The notes: generated from the letters alone by a model not told the origin. A stretch of 64,000 nt of DNA from a virus (IMGVR_UViG_3300022661_000054), one strand, 5' to 3'; shown: positions 25,986 to 36,028, counted from the first letter of the stretch. Made by a program: numbers and translations.

Positions 25986-27059
25986 TTATTTAAATCTTGA
26001 TACTAGAATACTAACTAGCTCTTTCGCTTCCTCATTAGATAAAGTCTCATTTGAAAAAATAGTAGATACTAAAGCGGTAGCCTCTTTTAAATTGGCTGCG
26101 GATATGTTTGAAAAACCTTTATGAGAAAGTGCCGCGCGCGCCTCTTTAATGCCATTAGCTATACTTAAATACTGAATAGTGGCAAAAGCATGCTCAGGTG
26201 TTTTTAGCTTTGATGCTAAAGTATTTATACATACAGAGGTCTTTCCTTGGTTTTTGATAGGTGCTGTATTATCGCCTATAAGCTTATGAACTAAACTAAT
26301 ATCATTTAGCAGCACAGAGGCACTTTTAGTTGATACTGAGGCTAACTTACTCTCTGGAATGCTATTTATTTTTTCAATAGACGCGTTTTTCAGAATCTGT
26401 AAAAAAATACGTTTATTCTTATTTTGTGTTTCTACAGTATACTTACCATCAGTAGCAACTAAAACTTTTTTTTGGTAGTCAAGGTAAGTGCTTATCTCGG
26501 TTACTGATTTGGTGTATAAATCTTTGCAGTAAATAATATTATAATTAGAAACTCTAAAGAATTCACTGTGTGCTATTTGTTTTTTAGCAATAGCATTATG
26601 TATCGCTTTATAGGTATTTGAATTTAGTAACTTAGTTTGCAGTAGTTCTTTTTGTACATATGGTAACGATAAAAAGGCAAGAATCGGATTTCCAGCTTTT
26701 TTGAATCCTAGTACAGTAATATCATTTTGAAGCTGATCACCTAACTGTTTCAATAGTTCTGCATTAGCACTTCCAAAAACAGCATTAAAATATTCATTCC
26801 AAAATTGTTTTTTAATCGTATATTCTGATTCACGAGACTCTTGGTCTAAATTACGATTTGCATCAAGCCGCGCCTTAAGGTCTTTTGCCCAATCGTAATT
26901 TGCAGGGTATTTCTTAGCGGCTTCTGTTGATTTAGCTGGTTGTTCAGACTTTGTAGCTTCATTTTTATCAACAGTGTTATTACTAGCAACTTTTGCATTA
27001 TTTAAAATCGACTGCAGGTTTACGGTCAAAAAATCTGATTCAAATAATTTTTCTGACAT
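25986..27059 (-). CDS. Hypothetical protein, possible internal head protein
   Basis: 357 aa; N-terminal LFES site. Confidence 0.6.
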   Translation of the reverse strand: MSEKLFESDFLTVNLQSILNNAKVASNNTVDKNEATKSEQPAKSTEAAKKYPANYDWAKDLKARLDANRNLDQESRESEYTIKKQFWNEYFNAVFGSANAELLKQLGDQLQNDITVLGFKKAGNPILAFLSLPYVQKELLQTKLLNSNTYKAIHNAIAKKQIAHSEFFRVSNYNIIYCKDLYTKSVTEISTYLDYQKKVLVATDGKYTVETQNKNKRIFLQILKNASIEKINSIPESKLASVSTKSASVLLNDISLVHKLIGDNTAPIKNQGKTSVCINTLASKLKTPEHAFATIQYLSIANGIKEARAALSHKGFSNISAANLKEATALVSTIFSNETLSNEEAKELVSILVSRFK

Positions 27060-27586
27060 TAATCATCGTCCTCTCTATCTATGAGTAATGGCATATCTTC
27101 TTTTTCATGTGCCGTAGTTATAAGATGCTGCTCATCTACTGATTCGTATTCTAGAGCAATTTCACATGCTATAGAAGCAGGGTAAATCATAATATTAGAC
27201 ATACTTATTACACGGAAAGTTCTGCCTTCACCATCGTCAAGTCCGCTTGGAACTTCAAATAAAGCACCGACCTGAAGGTCTGGTAGATCATAAGGAACAT
27301 GAATAACAGAAGAACCTTCTTGTAGTTCTGCCACCCACCCAGCTTTTCTTAAGGACTTCTGATCAGGGTGTTCTTCGAATAAACAACCAACTAATATTTC
27401 TGGTTTATATCCTGTTTGAATGTCAGCATACATGTCATACTCTTTATTTTTAAGTGGAGCTTTATATTTACAGTTAATACCATGCAATGCCGTCATCTGC
27501 TTAAACCACGACCTATGAAGTTTTATATCTTTATTAAGCAAGATGCCATAGTTTGTTTTAATATCTGACATAAAAGCTCCTTTCAA
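27059..27586 (-). CDS. Neck/head-closure protein (gp14-like); likely start ATG 27571
   Basis: Synteny; HGINCKY, LQVGALFEVP..RTFRVISM pattern; GAAAGGAG RBS. Confidence 0.5.
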   Translation of the reverse strand: MKGAFMSDIKTNYGILLNKDIKLHRSWFKQMTALHGINCKYKAPLKNKEYDMYADIQTGYKPEILVGCLFEEHPDQKSLRKAGWVAELQEGSSVIHVPYDLPDLQVGALFEVPSGLDDGEGRTFRVISMSNIMIYPASIACEIALEYESVDEQHLITTAHEKEDMPLLIDREDDD

Positions 27587-27593
27587 AGAATCT

Positions 27594-27631
27594 TAGAAAG
27601 AATGCTTGAAATATTTCAAGCATTCTTTCTA
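27594..27631. repeat. Perfect 38-bp palindrome
   Basis: TAGAAAGAATGCTTGAAAT-ATTTCAAGCATTCTTTCTA. Confidence 0.95.
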
Positions 27632-27637
27632 TATAAA

Positions 27638-29647
27638 TTACTTACGAGTAAAATTAAAAGACTCAGCAATAAAAGTCTTATTTAATGTTTTAGTATCACC
27701 AGTGAGAACGAATTGCTTATCAAGCCCAAGCTTTTCATTTAAGCCATGTAGTACTGCTTTGCCTTCTTCGTTAGTGTATGCTTCGTTAAAAGTATAAGAA
27801 ATATTTCTAGTATTACCTGAAGTGAAAAATACTTTACCATTTACTGAGAGTTTTTCATCTAAATAAGAGCATTCAGTAAGTCTAAAGCCGGCAACATTTC
27901 CGTAAGCTTCTACTAGTGAATCTGAGATTAGCTTTTCTAAAGCGGTTTCTTGTAGCTCTTCTACACCAGACATTAAGGTAGTTAATCCTTCTGTTGTAGC
28001 CTCTTCGTTTGAAGTAGCTTCTTCTGATTGACTTTCTTCTTCAGTTTGATTCATACCGCCTTTAGCCATAAGTTTAGCGCCCTTCATGGCTTTTTTAACA
28101 ACATTAAAATACTTTTCTAGCTGATCATTTTCAAGCTCACCTTTAAAGTATTCACATAAAAATACAGCATCAGTGCCATTTTCATCCTTAGCTAGGTAAA
28201 CAAATGCAGGCCCATTACCAGGTTGGGTACTCCAACCCTTTGCAATATTGTCAGCATCCTTGTAATTTTTCTTAATTTGTTTTCCGTTCTTACCAAGTAC
28301 CAAGTCTTTATTATTAAAAGACGGCGCCATTGTAATAAGCTTACCATTAGAATACTTTTCAGTAAAGCCTAAAACAATGAATGTGTGGAATCTTTGATTT
28401 TTCTCATCAGGAATAAGTTTGCCAGAATTATCTACTTTAACAGTACCGTAATCTTCCATAGCGTTTTCACGAACCCAGTCAGCCTTAGCTTCGCGAGATT
28501 TTAACTTACTAGATATTTTATCTATGGTGTCTGCAAACTTATCTTTTACTTTATCAAAAATACCTTCTTCTAATTCTTCTGAAGTCTCGTTTAGCTCTAC
28601 AATTACTCTGCCTTCTTTTTGTGCAGCGAGCTCACGTGCTTCTTCTTTAGAAGTACATGGTACTCCGGCATAAGTCCCATCTGAATTTATTACAGCATAT
28701 TTTAAAGTTTCATTATTTACATTTACAGATTCAGTAAGTTCATCATTTTGTTTACCAGCATCTTCAGAGATAATGCCAAGAGGATCTAACACTTTATCTA
28801 GAAGACCTTCTTCTACTTTTTCATCCTCATTAAATTCATCCATCATTGCTCTTGCTTCGCCGTCAGTTATAGGTTTTTTAAATTCAGGTGAATTAATAAG
28901 CTTTTCAAAGTCTTCTGCCGAGGTTTCAAGTTCAGTATCTTCTGTTAAGTCTTCTGTTAAGCTTACAGCATCAGCAGAGCTAGCATTGAAAGACTCATTA
29001 GCTTCAGACTCATCATCTTCAATATCTAAATCAAGTTCTTCTAAATCACCGCCAAGGTCGAGGTCTGCTAAATCTTCTTCAGATCCGTCTTCATTAGGCT
29101 CTTCAACAGATTCATCATCAACAGGAATATCCTCACCGTCGGTCATCTCAAGTTCAGTGTCGTCAGTAGCTTCTTCAGGCTCAGCCTCACCAACTTTACC
29201 AATCAAAGTATAGCCAGATTCATTACCACAGTGCTGACAAACTTCATTTACATTTACAGTTGTTGGATCATCTTCAGATTCTACAATGTCTTCTTTGTCT
29301 TTATAAAATAAAGTCATACATTGAGGACACTGCATAATATATTTACCGACATATGAAGTTAATAAGTCTTCAGGTGAGTCTGCGTCTAAGTCAACAATTT
29401 TCTCAATACGGGCTAATTTAGCTTTAGCTACTTCAGCCTCTCTTGCCTCTTTTGCATTATCTAGACCATCAGTAGTACCAATATCATAATATTCTTCAAA
29501 AAGTGCATCAAATTTAGATTTGCGTGAGAATATTTCAGTCAGTGCTGGCTTGTTAGCCTTTACACCTTTTTCAGCTACTGGTACGTCTATTTCATCTAAA
29601 GCTTTAAATGCGGCTTCTAAGTCAAACTTTGTAATAGATTCTTTCAT
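27638..29647 (-). CDS. Large acidic protein with zinc ribbon and many L/I-x-E sites; probable prohead core/internal protein
   Basis: CPQC/CQHC; acidic linkers; LTED, LTES, LEEG, LVEA, IAES. Confidence 0.6.
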   Translation of the reverse strand: MKESITKFDLEAAFKALDEIDVPVAEKGVKANKPALTEIFSRKSKFDALFEEYYDIGTTDGLDNAKEAREAEVAKAKLARIEKIVDLDADSPEDLLTSYVGKYIMQCPQCMTLFYKDKEDIVESEDDPTTVNVNEVCQHCGNESGYTLIGKVGEAEPEEATDDTELEMTDGEDIPVDDESVEEPNEDGSEEDLADLDLGGDLEELDLDIEDDESEANESFNASSADAVSLTEDLTEDTELETSAEDFEKLINSPEFKKPITDGEARAMMDEFNEDEKVEEGLLDKVLDPLGIISEDAGKQNDELTESVNVNNETLKYAVINSDGTYAGVPCTSKEEARELAAQKEGRVIVELNETSEELEEGIFDKVKDKFADTIDKISSKLKSREAKADWVRENAMEDYGTVKVDNSGKLIPDEKNQRFHTFIVLGFTEKYSNGKLITMAPSFNNKDLVLGKNGKQIKKNYKDADNIAKGWSTQPGNGPAFVYLAKDENGTDAVFLCEYFKGELENDQLEKYFNVVKKAMKGAKLMAKGGMNQTEEESQSEEATSNEEATTEGLTTLMSGVEELQETALEKLISDSLVEAYGNVAGFRLTECSYLDEKLSVNGKVFFTSGNTRNISYTFNEAYTNEEGKAVLHGLNEKLGLDKQFVLTGDTKTLNKTFIAESFNFTRK

Positions 29648-29661
29648 TTATAATAGTCTCC

Positions 29662-30381
29662 TTAATCAATTAAGTATGTCATATTAGAATTTAATCGAAG
29701 AAGTTCACGAAGCTCTTTTAGCTCTGTATTGCCTTCTTCTAAAATTTTATCACCATCTTGTGTCCAAAGGGCATTGGACTGTGCAAAGCGTGTTCTAATT
29801 CTTCCTAAAACTACTTTAGTCAGCGCGACACAATATTTAATTAAAATATCAATCCAATAATCACTTTTAATATCTTCAACACTGGTTAATTTTGGTATAT
29901 ATTCAATAGTAACCATGCTAGGTGCAGAGTTAGCTCTATTAATATATAATTTTTTATTATGGCGGTCTTCTTTAAAAGACATGTCTGTTGACATCGTATT
30001 TTTCATTTGATACATAGACATCCATGAAGCATAATTCATAACATAGTCTTGTAGATTATACATTGTTCCACCATTGCTGAATATTGCAAACTGGGCCATT
30101 TGAATTGGGTCATTAGTAACTGAAATACCGTTAGCATCTCCAAGGCCTTCTGTTCTGTACACTTTAATAATAGAACTAACTTTTTCTTTAAAAAATTCTC
30201 CGTCTAAGTCTATACAGCTTGCAAATGGCACTGTTATCATTGTGCTTTCATCAAAAAATCTTTCAAGCTCTCTTAATGCTTTTTTAACAACAGAGACAAG
30301 AGTTTCATCATTTATTTCCATTTCTAATATATGGCCTGTTAACTCAAGCTTAATTTCATCTAAAATGTCTTCAAGTTTCAC
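29662..30381 (-). CDS. Neck protein / head-tail adaptor (gp13-like)
   Basis: WIDILIKYCVALTKVVLGRIRTRF...DGDKILEEGNTELKEL matches gp13-type C-terminus. Confidence 0.75.
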   Translation of the reverse strand: MKLEDILDEIKLELTGHILEMEINDETLVSVVKKALRELERFFDESTMITVPFASCIDLDGEFFKEKVSSIIKVYRTEGLGDANGISVTNDPIQMAQFAIFSNGGTMYNLQDYVMNYASWMSMYQMKNTMSTDMSFKEDRHNKKLYINRANSAPSMVTIEYIPKLTSVEDIKSDYWIDILIKYCVALTKVVLGRIRTRFAQSNALWTQDGDKILEEGNTELKELRELLRLNSNMTYLID

Positions 30382-30409
30382 TTTTTCATCTCCTTGCTAA
30401 CATATCAAT

Positions 30410-30421
30410 TAATTTAGCAAA
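30410..30421 (-). promoter_or_regulatory. Putative late promoter TTTGCTAAATTA
   Basis: Motif copy upstream of neck operon. Confidence 0.7.
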
Positions 30422-30441
30422 TAATTTATAATACATGAACG

Positions 30442-30487
30442 TTAATAATAAAAAGAGACTTCGTGCGAAGTCTCTTTTTATTATTAA
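30442..30487 (-). terminator. Long terminator hairpin
   Basis: ttaataataaaaagagacttcg / cgaagtctctttttattattaa. Confidence 0.85.
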
Positions 30488-30489
30488 AT

Positions 30490-31473
30490 TTAGGCGGTTA
30501 AGTCGATTACAGCTTTGCTAAGTTTATCAGTAGAGCCAGCTGCTTGGTCTGTTTGTGGCATAACACTTCTTGGAGCAGCACCACTTACCGGCTGGCTGCT
30601 TGAACGCATTTCACCTACATTATTAGCTATAGTATTTGCAACAGCTTCTTTAGAATCGCCTCTACCTTTGGCCTGCATAGCTTTTACTACTTCGTCACAG
30701 ATATTATCCATAACGAATTTTTTAATTTCTTCATTAGAGGTTGTTAGCATATTGTCATTACCAACTTCATTTACAAGTTTAGCGGCTGGGTTGGAGGCAA
30801 CAATAGCTAACTGCGTAGCTTTTAACATATCTTCCCAAGTAACACCATCAATAGCAGGAAAGTTCATTACTTTAATAGTACAGTCACCACCATTAAGGGC
30901 ATAAGCTTTAGACCATCTATGGTGACCATCAATAATATACTTACCAGCATAAGTAATAGTTGGGTCATTAAATGCTTCTGTTGGTTTATTAATAATGTCA
31001 ACTGCCCAACCTGGTTTATTAATCATACCTAAAGATTTAGATAAAGAAATATTTTGTTGTGTTGGAATAAGCTTTGAGCACTTAATACCTCCAACTTCTA
31101 CACCAGATTTTTTAACTGTTTTAATAGCATCATCACCAAGTTTATAGTGTTGTTTGAGATAATTTAAAAATGCTTCAGATTTACCGTCACTTTGAAGAAT
31201 TTTAACAAACTGTTCATAGTCACTGTTCTTAAGCTTATTTAATACTGCTGTAGCTTCTTGGCTATTACCTGAAGCTGTGTTTTGTTCTGTTTTTTCAACT
31301 TCAGTATTTTTTTCTTCAGTAGCTGTTTCAGTGTTATTTGTAACTTCATCAGCTTCATATAGACGGTTTAGTTCACTAAATGCTTCTTCAAGTGAGTAAA
31401 GAGTATCCGCATCTGCATGATTCGAAAAACCTTCAGTAAGACTTTTATCATTAAAAAACCTACGTCTATCCAT
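30490..31473 (-). CDS. ParB/sulfiredoxin-fold protein with acidic N-terminal leader
   Basis: LIPTQ and YIIDGHHRW motifs; LTEG, LEEA, LYEA sites in leader. Confidence 0.7.
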   Translation of the reverse strand: MDRRRFFNDKSLTEGFSNHADADTLYSLEEAFSELNRLYEADEVTNNTETATEEKNTEVEKTEQNTASGNSQEATAVLNKLKNSDYEQFVKILQSDGKSEAFLNYLKQHYKLGDDAIKTVKKSGVEVGGIKCSKLIPTQQNISLSKSLGMINKPGWAVDIINKPTEAFNDPTITYAGKYIIDGHHRWSKAYALNGGDCTIKVMNFPAIDGVTWEDMLKATQLAIVASNPAAKLVNEVGNDNMLTTSNEEIKKFVMDNICDEVVKAMQAKGRGDSKEAVANTIANNVGEMRSSSQPVSGAAPRSVMPQTDQAAGSTDKLSKAVIDLTA

Positions 31474-31516
31474 AGTGTAAAAACTCCTTGTAAACTATTA
31501 TAATTTTAATTCTAAA

Positions 31517-31526
31517 TAATTTAGCT
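31517..31526 (-). promoter_or_regulatory. Putative late promoter AGCTAAATTA
   Basis: Motif copy. Confidence 0.6.
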
Positions 31527-31550
31527 AATTTTATGCTTATAAAAGGTAAT

Positions 31551-31580
31551 AAAAAAGAGGCTTCTTCGGAAGCCTCTTTT
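31551..31580 (-). terminator. Terminator after major capsid gene
   Basis: aaaagaggcttc-ttcg-gaagcctctttt. Confidence 0.9.
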
Positions 31581-31595
31581 AAAAATGTTTAATAA

Positions 31596-32936
31596 TTAGT
31601 CTACGATACGGCCTGCAACAAGGAGAGAATCGTTAAGAAGAGCTTTAGCATACCAAGTACTGAAGCCCTGAGCAAGACCGCCATCAGGAGTACCAAGAAG
31701 CTGAGTAGGAACGATTGCCATGTAAGGTGCATAAACACCAGCAGAACTCATCATATCGTTACCATTCAAGCCAAGGAAGAACTCACCAGACTTAAGCATA
31801 GGAGAAACATAAACGTTTAGACCGTCAAGCTCACCAACTTTATAAGGACCATTCATCTTAGCATTCTTAACAGCAGTGAAGCCGTTTACGAAGCGAAGAA
31901 CAGGAAGAACATCAGAAGCAATTACCATATAGTTAGGATGGAATTTCTTAGTTCTGTTGTAGATGATAGCCTTACCCATTTCAATAACCTCTAAGAAGCC
32001 ATTGTAATGCTCGAACTTAGAAACACCAGCAGGAAGGGTCTTAGACCAATCAGCTAGATTATCATCATGTGCGAAAGCAGCGGTGTAGAGCATGTCAACG
32101 ATCTCAGTATCGATTTCATAAGCTAACTCGCCACAAGCCTGCTCAGCAATCTGCTTGTCGAGAGAGAAACCGTAATCAGTCTTAGCCTGGAAAGCAGTAA
32201 TCTGATCATAACGAACAGCAATTCTGCGAGGCTCAGCAACTAGAGGAATATGCTTCATTCTAGGACCGATTGCAGGAATTTCAGTAGCAGGAACTTGTTC
32301 CATCTGGAATCTATCAATGATATAGGCAACCTTATCGCCTTCTTTAATGCCAGAAATATCATTTGTATATTTACCATTTACTTTATAAGTAGCGGTCATA
32401 GGAGCATGGCTGTCTTCTGCTAAATATTTAAAGCCATCAGCTTTAATAGTAAGGCCAGTGCCCTCTTCACCCTCTTCGAAAGCAAGCTTGCCTTCCGCAC
32501 CGATAGTCTCAACAACAACCTGAGAAGTGAAGTTCATACGGGCGTCGTCCATCTTACCATGGCCGAATACGCTGTTGAACATATCATTCTTCTTAACGCC
32601 GCCCTTATCAGTAAGAGAAACGTACTCAAGATAAGCAACAGAACCGCTATAAGAAGTCATAGGATGAACGATAACAAGGTCATTAGCAATAAGAGAAGGA
32701 ACTGCAATGTTAGTTAAGTTGAGGCAGAACTTCTTCCAAGCGCCCATGCTATCACGGCTAGTAGCACCGATTTCAGTGTTTAAGGACTCAGTGATCCAAC
32801 GATTAGTATTGTCTAAAAGAACAGCAGTAGTAAGAGCTGTATTGCTAGACATAGTTTTGCCTTCAAAGTTCTTAGCAACATAAGCTTCAGCAACTTTGAG
32901 CTGGCGAGAATAAGTCTCTAAAAGATTTTGTCTCAT
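31596..32936 (-). CDS. Major capsid protein (T4 gp23-like)
   Basis: LIANDLVIVHPM, AEPRRI, EIDTEI, GVYAPYM motifs; ITES maturation-type site. Confidence 0.9.
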   Translation of the reverse strand: MRQNLLETYSRQLKVAEAYVAKNFEGKTMSSNTALTTAVLLDNTNRWITESLNTEIGATSRDSMGAWKKFCLNLTNIAVPSLIANDLVIVHPMTSYSGSVAYLEYVSLTDKGGVKKNDMFNSVFGHGKMDDARMNFTSQVVVETIGAEGKLAFEEGEEGTGLTIKADGFKYLAEDSHAPMTATYKVNGKYTNDISGIKEGDKVAYIIDRFQMEQVPATEIPAIGPRMKHIPLVAEPRRIAVRYDQITAFQAKTDYGFSLDKQIAEQACGELAYEIDTEIVDMLYTAAFAHDDNLADWSKTLPAGVSKFEHYNGFLEVIEMGKAIIYNRTKKFHPNYMVIASDVLPVLRFVNGFTAVKNAKMNGPYKVGELDGLNVYVSPMLKSGEFFLGLNGNDMMSSAGVYAPYMAIVPTQLLGTPDGGLAQGFSTWYAKALLNDSLLVAGRIVD

Positions 32937-32997
32937 GATTATACCTCTTTCTAAAAGTTAATAATTGTAATTTAATAATTTTATATGAGCTTATGTA

Positions 32998-34962
32998 TTA
33001 CTTCAATCCGGCAAGCTCTAGAAGGTCATCATCAACCTCATATCCATATTCTGGGCTTCTGTTTACCTGTTTAGAAACAGATTCAGCAATACGGGCTGAA
33101 GTTTTTGTTCTTCCGCCGAATGGAAGTCTACTGAAACTTACAGTAGAATCAAGGATTTGGTCACAAACAGCATCAACATCTGCTAGAGTGTAGTTTTCAT
33201 TGAGGCGGCTTGTAATTTCAGAAGGCTGAACACCTAACATGCTTGCTTTAGATTCAACATATCTAGTAAGTGTTTCAATAAAGCGAGCTTTATATGATTT
33301 AGCTAAGTTTGTTCTTTCCTGAAGTTTTTCAGTATAAACTTTAGTCTGACCTTCTAATTTAGCTTCAAGAGCCTCTGACTTTTTAGTAAGCTTTGAAAGT
33401 TCTTCATTAAGACGTCTCTCAGCAGCTTTACTTGTGTTCATACTCTCTTTTAGCTGTTGTGCGTTATTAACCTTTTCAGTTAATGTTTCAATAGTTTTGC
33501 TTGATTGTGTTAACTTTTCTGTGAGCTCTTTTACTTTAGATTGTAGCTCAGGAACTTTTGCAGCTTCTGCACTAGTATTTCTAAATGCAGTTCTGTACCG
33601 TGTTAATTTTTCTTGTAACTCTTGTTCTTTGGCATCGCCAACTGTCTTAGCCTTACGCAAATCTTTAACTTCGGTTTCCAAAGCTTCCTTCTGACGAATC
33701 ATCTCTTTTAAGCTTTCAATTACTTCAACATCTCCGTCATCATCGGCTGTGTCTTCGTCCTCGCCAACTTCTTCGATAGTTTCAACAGGGGTTTCTTCAT
33801 CTTCAGTTGTCTCTATATTTGAATCTGCCTCAACTGATTCTTCATCAGTCTCTTTGCAGTGAACACCTAGAACTAAAACAGGCTCTTCACCATCTTCATC
33901 TACAAAAGATGTGAAGCCGTCTAACTCATGCTCTTCGCCATTGATTTCAACAGGCTCAAGTTCAACTTTAGTGTCATCATCGAACTCCTGGAGAAGCTCA
34001 ATAGCATCTTTAACAGTATCAAGATTTTCTGTTTCTGTGTTATCAATATCTACAAATACTTCTGCAGCGGCTTCTTCAGAATCTTCTAAGGGTTCCTCTT
34101 CTGTAGCTTCGTCAGCAATATCCTCAGCAGACTCTTCAGTAGACTCTTCAGTTACTTCCTCAGAAGATTCTTCAGTCACTTCATCGGCTTTATCATCAGA
34201 ATCTTCATCTGCAGGCATTTCTTCTACAAGAACTTCTTCTTCAGCATCTGGGTCCATTGGAATATCCTCAGCAGTTAAAACTTTTTTTTCTGCTTTAACT
34301 TCTTCATAAGCCTCAGTAAGTTCTTCTTTAATATCTATATTTAAATTTTCTAAAGCTTTTTTCATAGCATCTTTATCCTCTTCTTTTGCAGCTTTGTAAG
34401 ACTCTGCAAGAGCTTTCTTAAGCTTCATACCATTAGAGTCTAAAGATTCACAAACATTAAGTCTTGCTTTTTTAACTGCAGGTAGTTGAACAATATCCCA
34501 AGTTTCGAGAAAAAATGTTTCTGGATCTACTTGATTATTATCCATAACGTCTCCGGAGCCTCGTGAGCTAATTCCGGGAACGAATCCGTAATCTACAAGC
34601 GTTTTTAGCAATCTACCATTAGGAGTATCTAAAATATCAACATAGGCAACTAAGTCATCACCGACAATTTTAGGAACTTCTGGAATGCAGGCACAAGCTT
34701 GCTTCATATCAGTTTCTTCTCTATCAGCAGGATGCCCTAATTCCAAGAAAAGTGCTTTAGTGGCCACTTTTTCTAAGAAAATGTCATCTTCAAGAGCTTT
34801 CTCCCAAAGAGGTTTATTATATAGTCTTCCGTTTCTAGTACTCTCAACACAAGTAGCGATAGGACCATATAATCTACCTAATATATGCCTAGCTGTCATT
34901 TCTTCCTGCGATAATGGCTGCATTTGTAACGCTTCAAGAATTCTTTTATTCTTTATATCCAT
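32998..34962 (-). CDS. Prohead protease (gp21-like) fused to an acidic linker and coiled-coil scaffold
   Basis: RNGRLY, ELGHP, GISSRGSG, WDIVQLPA; C-terminal heptad-rich region. Confidence 0.85.
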   Translation of the reverse strand: MDIKNKRILEALQMQPLSQEEMTARHILGRLYGPIATCVESTRNGRLYNKPLWEKALEDDIFLEKVATKALFLELGHPADREETDMKQACACIPEVPKIVGDDLVAYVDILDTPNGRLLKTLVDYGFVPGISSRGSGDVMDNNQVDPETFFLETWDIVQLPAVKKARLNVCESLDSNGMKLKKALAESYKAAKEEDKDAMKKALENLNIDIKEELTEAYEEVKAEKKVLTAEDIPMDPDAEEEVLVEEMPADEDSDDKADEVTEESSEEVTEESTEESAEDIADEATEEEPLEDSEEAAAEVFVDIDNTETENLDTVKDAIELLQEFDDDTKVELEPVEINGEEHELDGFTSFVDEDGEEPVLVLGVHCKETDEESVEADSNIETTEDEETPVETIEEVGEDEDTADDDGDVEVIESLKEMIRQKEALETEVKDLRKAKTVGDAKEQELQEKLTRYRTAFRNTSAEAAKVPELQSKVKELTEKLTQSSKTIETLTEKVNNAQQLKESMNTSKAAERRLNEELSKLTKKSEALEAKLEGQTKVYTEKLQERTNLAKSYKARFIETLTRYVESKASMLGVQPSEITSRLNENYTLADVDAVCDQILDSTVSFSRLPFGGRTKTSARIAESVSKQVNRSPEYGYEVDDDLLELAGLK

Positions 34963-34992
34963 AATCGTCCTCTTTAATTACAGCATTCTAAA

Positions 34993-35003
34993 TAATTTAG
35001 CAA
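34993..35003 (-). promoter_or_regulatory. Putative late promoter TTGCTAAATTA
   Basis: Motif copy upstream of protease and capsid genes. Confidence 0.7.
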
Positions 35004-35036
35004 TTTATTAAATTATAAACTTAATAAATTATTAAA

Positions 35037-35429
35037 TTATTCTACATCTTCCTGTTCGTCAGAAGTGCCTTCGCCACTGTTGACCTCAGGATCTTTTTCA
35101 GGCTCACTTGCTACAGGAGCTTTAGGCTCTTCAATGTTTGCAGGTGCAGGTTCATTGGTATCTGTGTCCTCTACTAAGATTTTTTCAAAGCCTTCAATTT
35201 TGCTACCAGTAGGTTTGCCCTCTTTGTCAAATTTAGCAGCAGTAGTGTCAGCTACATAGAACTCGCCTTCATATTCATAAATAGTTTTGCCTGCATACTC
35301 AGCATCTTTAAAAGAAGCTAATTTTGTGTCATCAGCATTTGGATAGATGCTAGACTTAGAAGCATAGAAAGTTCTTTCTCCGCCAGCAGCAACATCATAA
35401 ACTACTTTATAACCGTTCTTATAATTCAT
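35037..35429 (-). CDS. Hypothetical late protein with acidic tail
   Basis: AAGGAG RBS; own late motif. Confidence 0.7.
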   Translation of the reverse strand: MNYKNGYKVVYDVAAGGERTFYASKSSIYPNADDTKLASFKDAEYAGKTIYEYEGEFYVADTTAAKFDKEGKPTGSKIEGFEKILVEDTDTNEPAPANIEEPKAPVASEPEKDPEVNSGEGTSDEQEDVE

Positions 35430-35490
35430 TATAAATGTCTCCTTATATGAATAGTAATTTTTAAATATTTAGACTTACTGTCTAATCAAT

Positions 35491-35502
35491 TAATTTAGCG
35501 AA
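35491..35502 (-). promoter_or_regulatory. Putative late promoter TTCGCTAAATTA
   Basis: Motif copy. Confidence 0.65.
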
Positions 35503-35516
35503 TTTTTTTGTAATAA

Positions 35517-35549
35517 AATAAAAACCATAGCTTAGCTATGGTTTTTATT
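35517..35549 (-). terminator. Terminator
   Basis: aataaaaaccatagct / agctatggtttttatt. Confidence 0.85.
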
Positions 35550-35554
35550 AAAAA

Positions 35555-36028
35555 TTAATTTAAAGCTTCTCTACGCCCACTGATATGCTCAAGAACAATT
35601 AAGTCTGTTTTTAGCAGTTTGATTAAAGCTAGACAGTGTTCAAGCGCACCAGTAGCATAGTAGTTATTTAATACTCTAGTTATTTCTTCTGCTCTTACTT
35701 CCCGCTGAAAAATTTCTTTGTTAGAAGTCAACTTTTTTGCGTATAAATTAATCTGAACAAGTAGACAAGATAAAGTTGTAATTATTTCGTCAGGATCTTC
35801 AATTTCTTTTACAATATTATGATATAGCGGAGATTTTTTTTGATTGTGCTTTTTACGCAGCATCTCATAAAAGTTGGCTACCTCAATACCACGATTATCT
35901 AAGATAAACTTTAATACGTCCATTGGGATATCTTTTGTAGTGATAAGCTTTTTCATAGGGTTATCAATATTGATACCCTTATCTTCTAGCGAGACTAAAA
36001 TAGTTAAACAATCGTTTTTTGTAATCAT
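35555..36028 (-). CDS. Hypothetical protein downstream of portal
   Basis: GAAAGG RBS; 157-aa helical ORF. Confidence 0.7.
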   Translation of the reverse strand: MITKNDCLTILVSLEDKGINIDNPMKKLITTKDIPMDVLKFILDNRGIEVANFYEMLRKKHNQKKSPLYHNIVKEIEDPDEIITTLSCLLVQINLYAKKLTSNKEIFQREVRAEEITRVLNNYYATGALEHCLALIKLLKTDLIVLEHISGRREALN

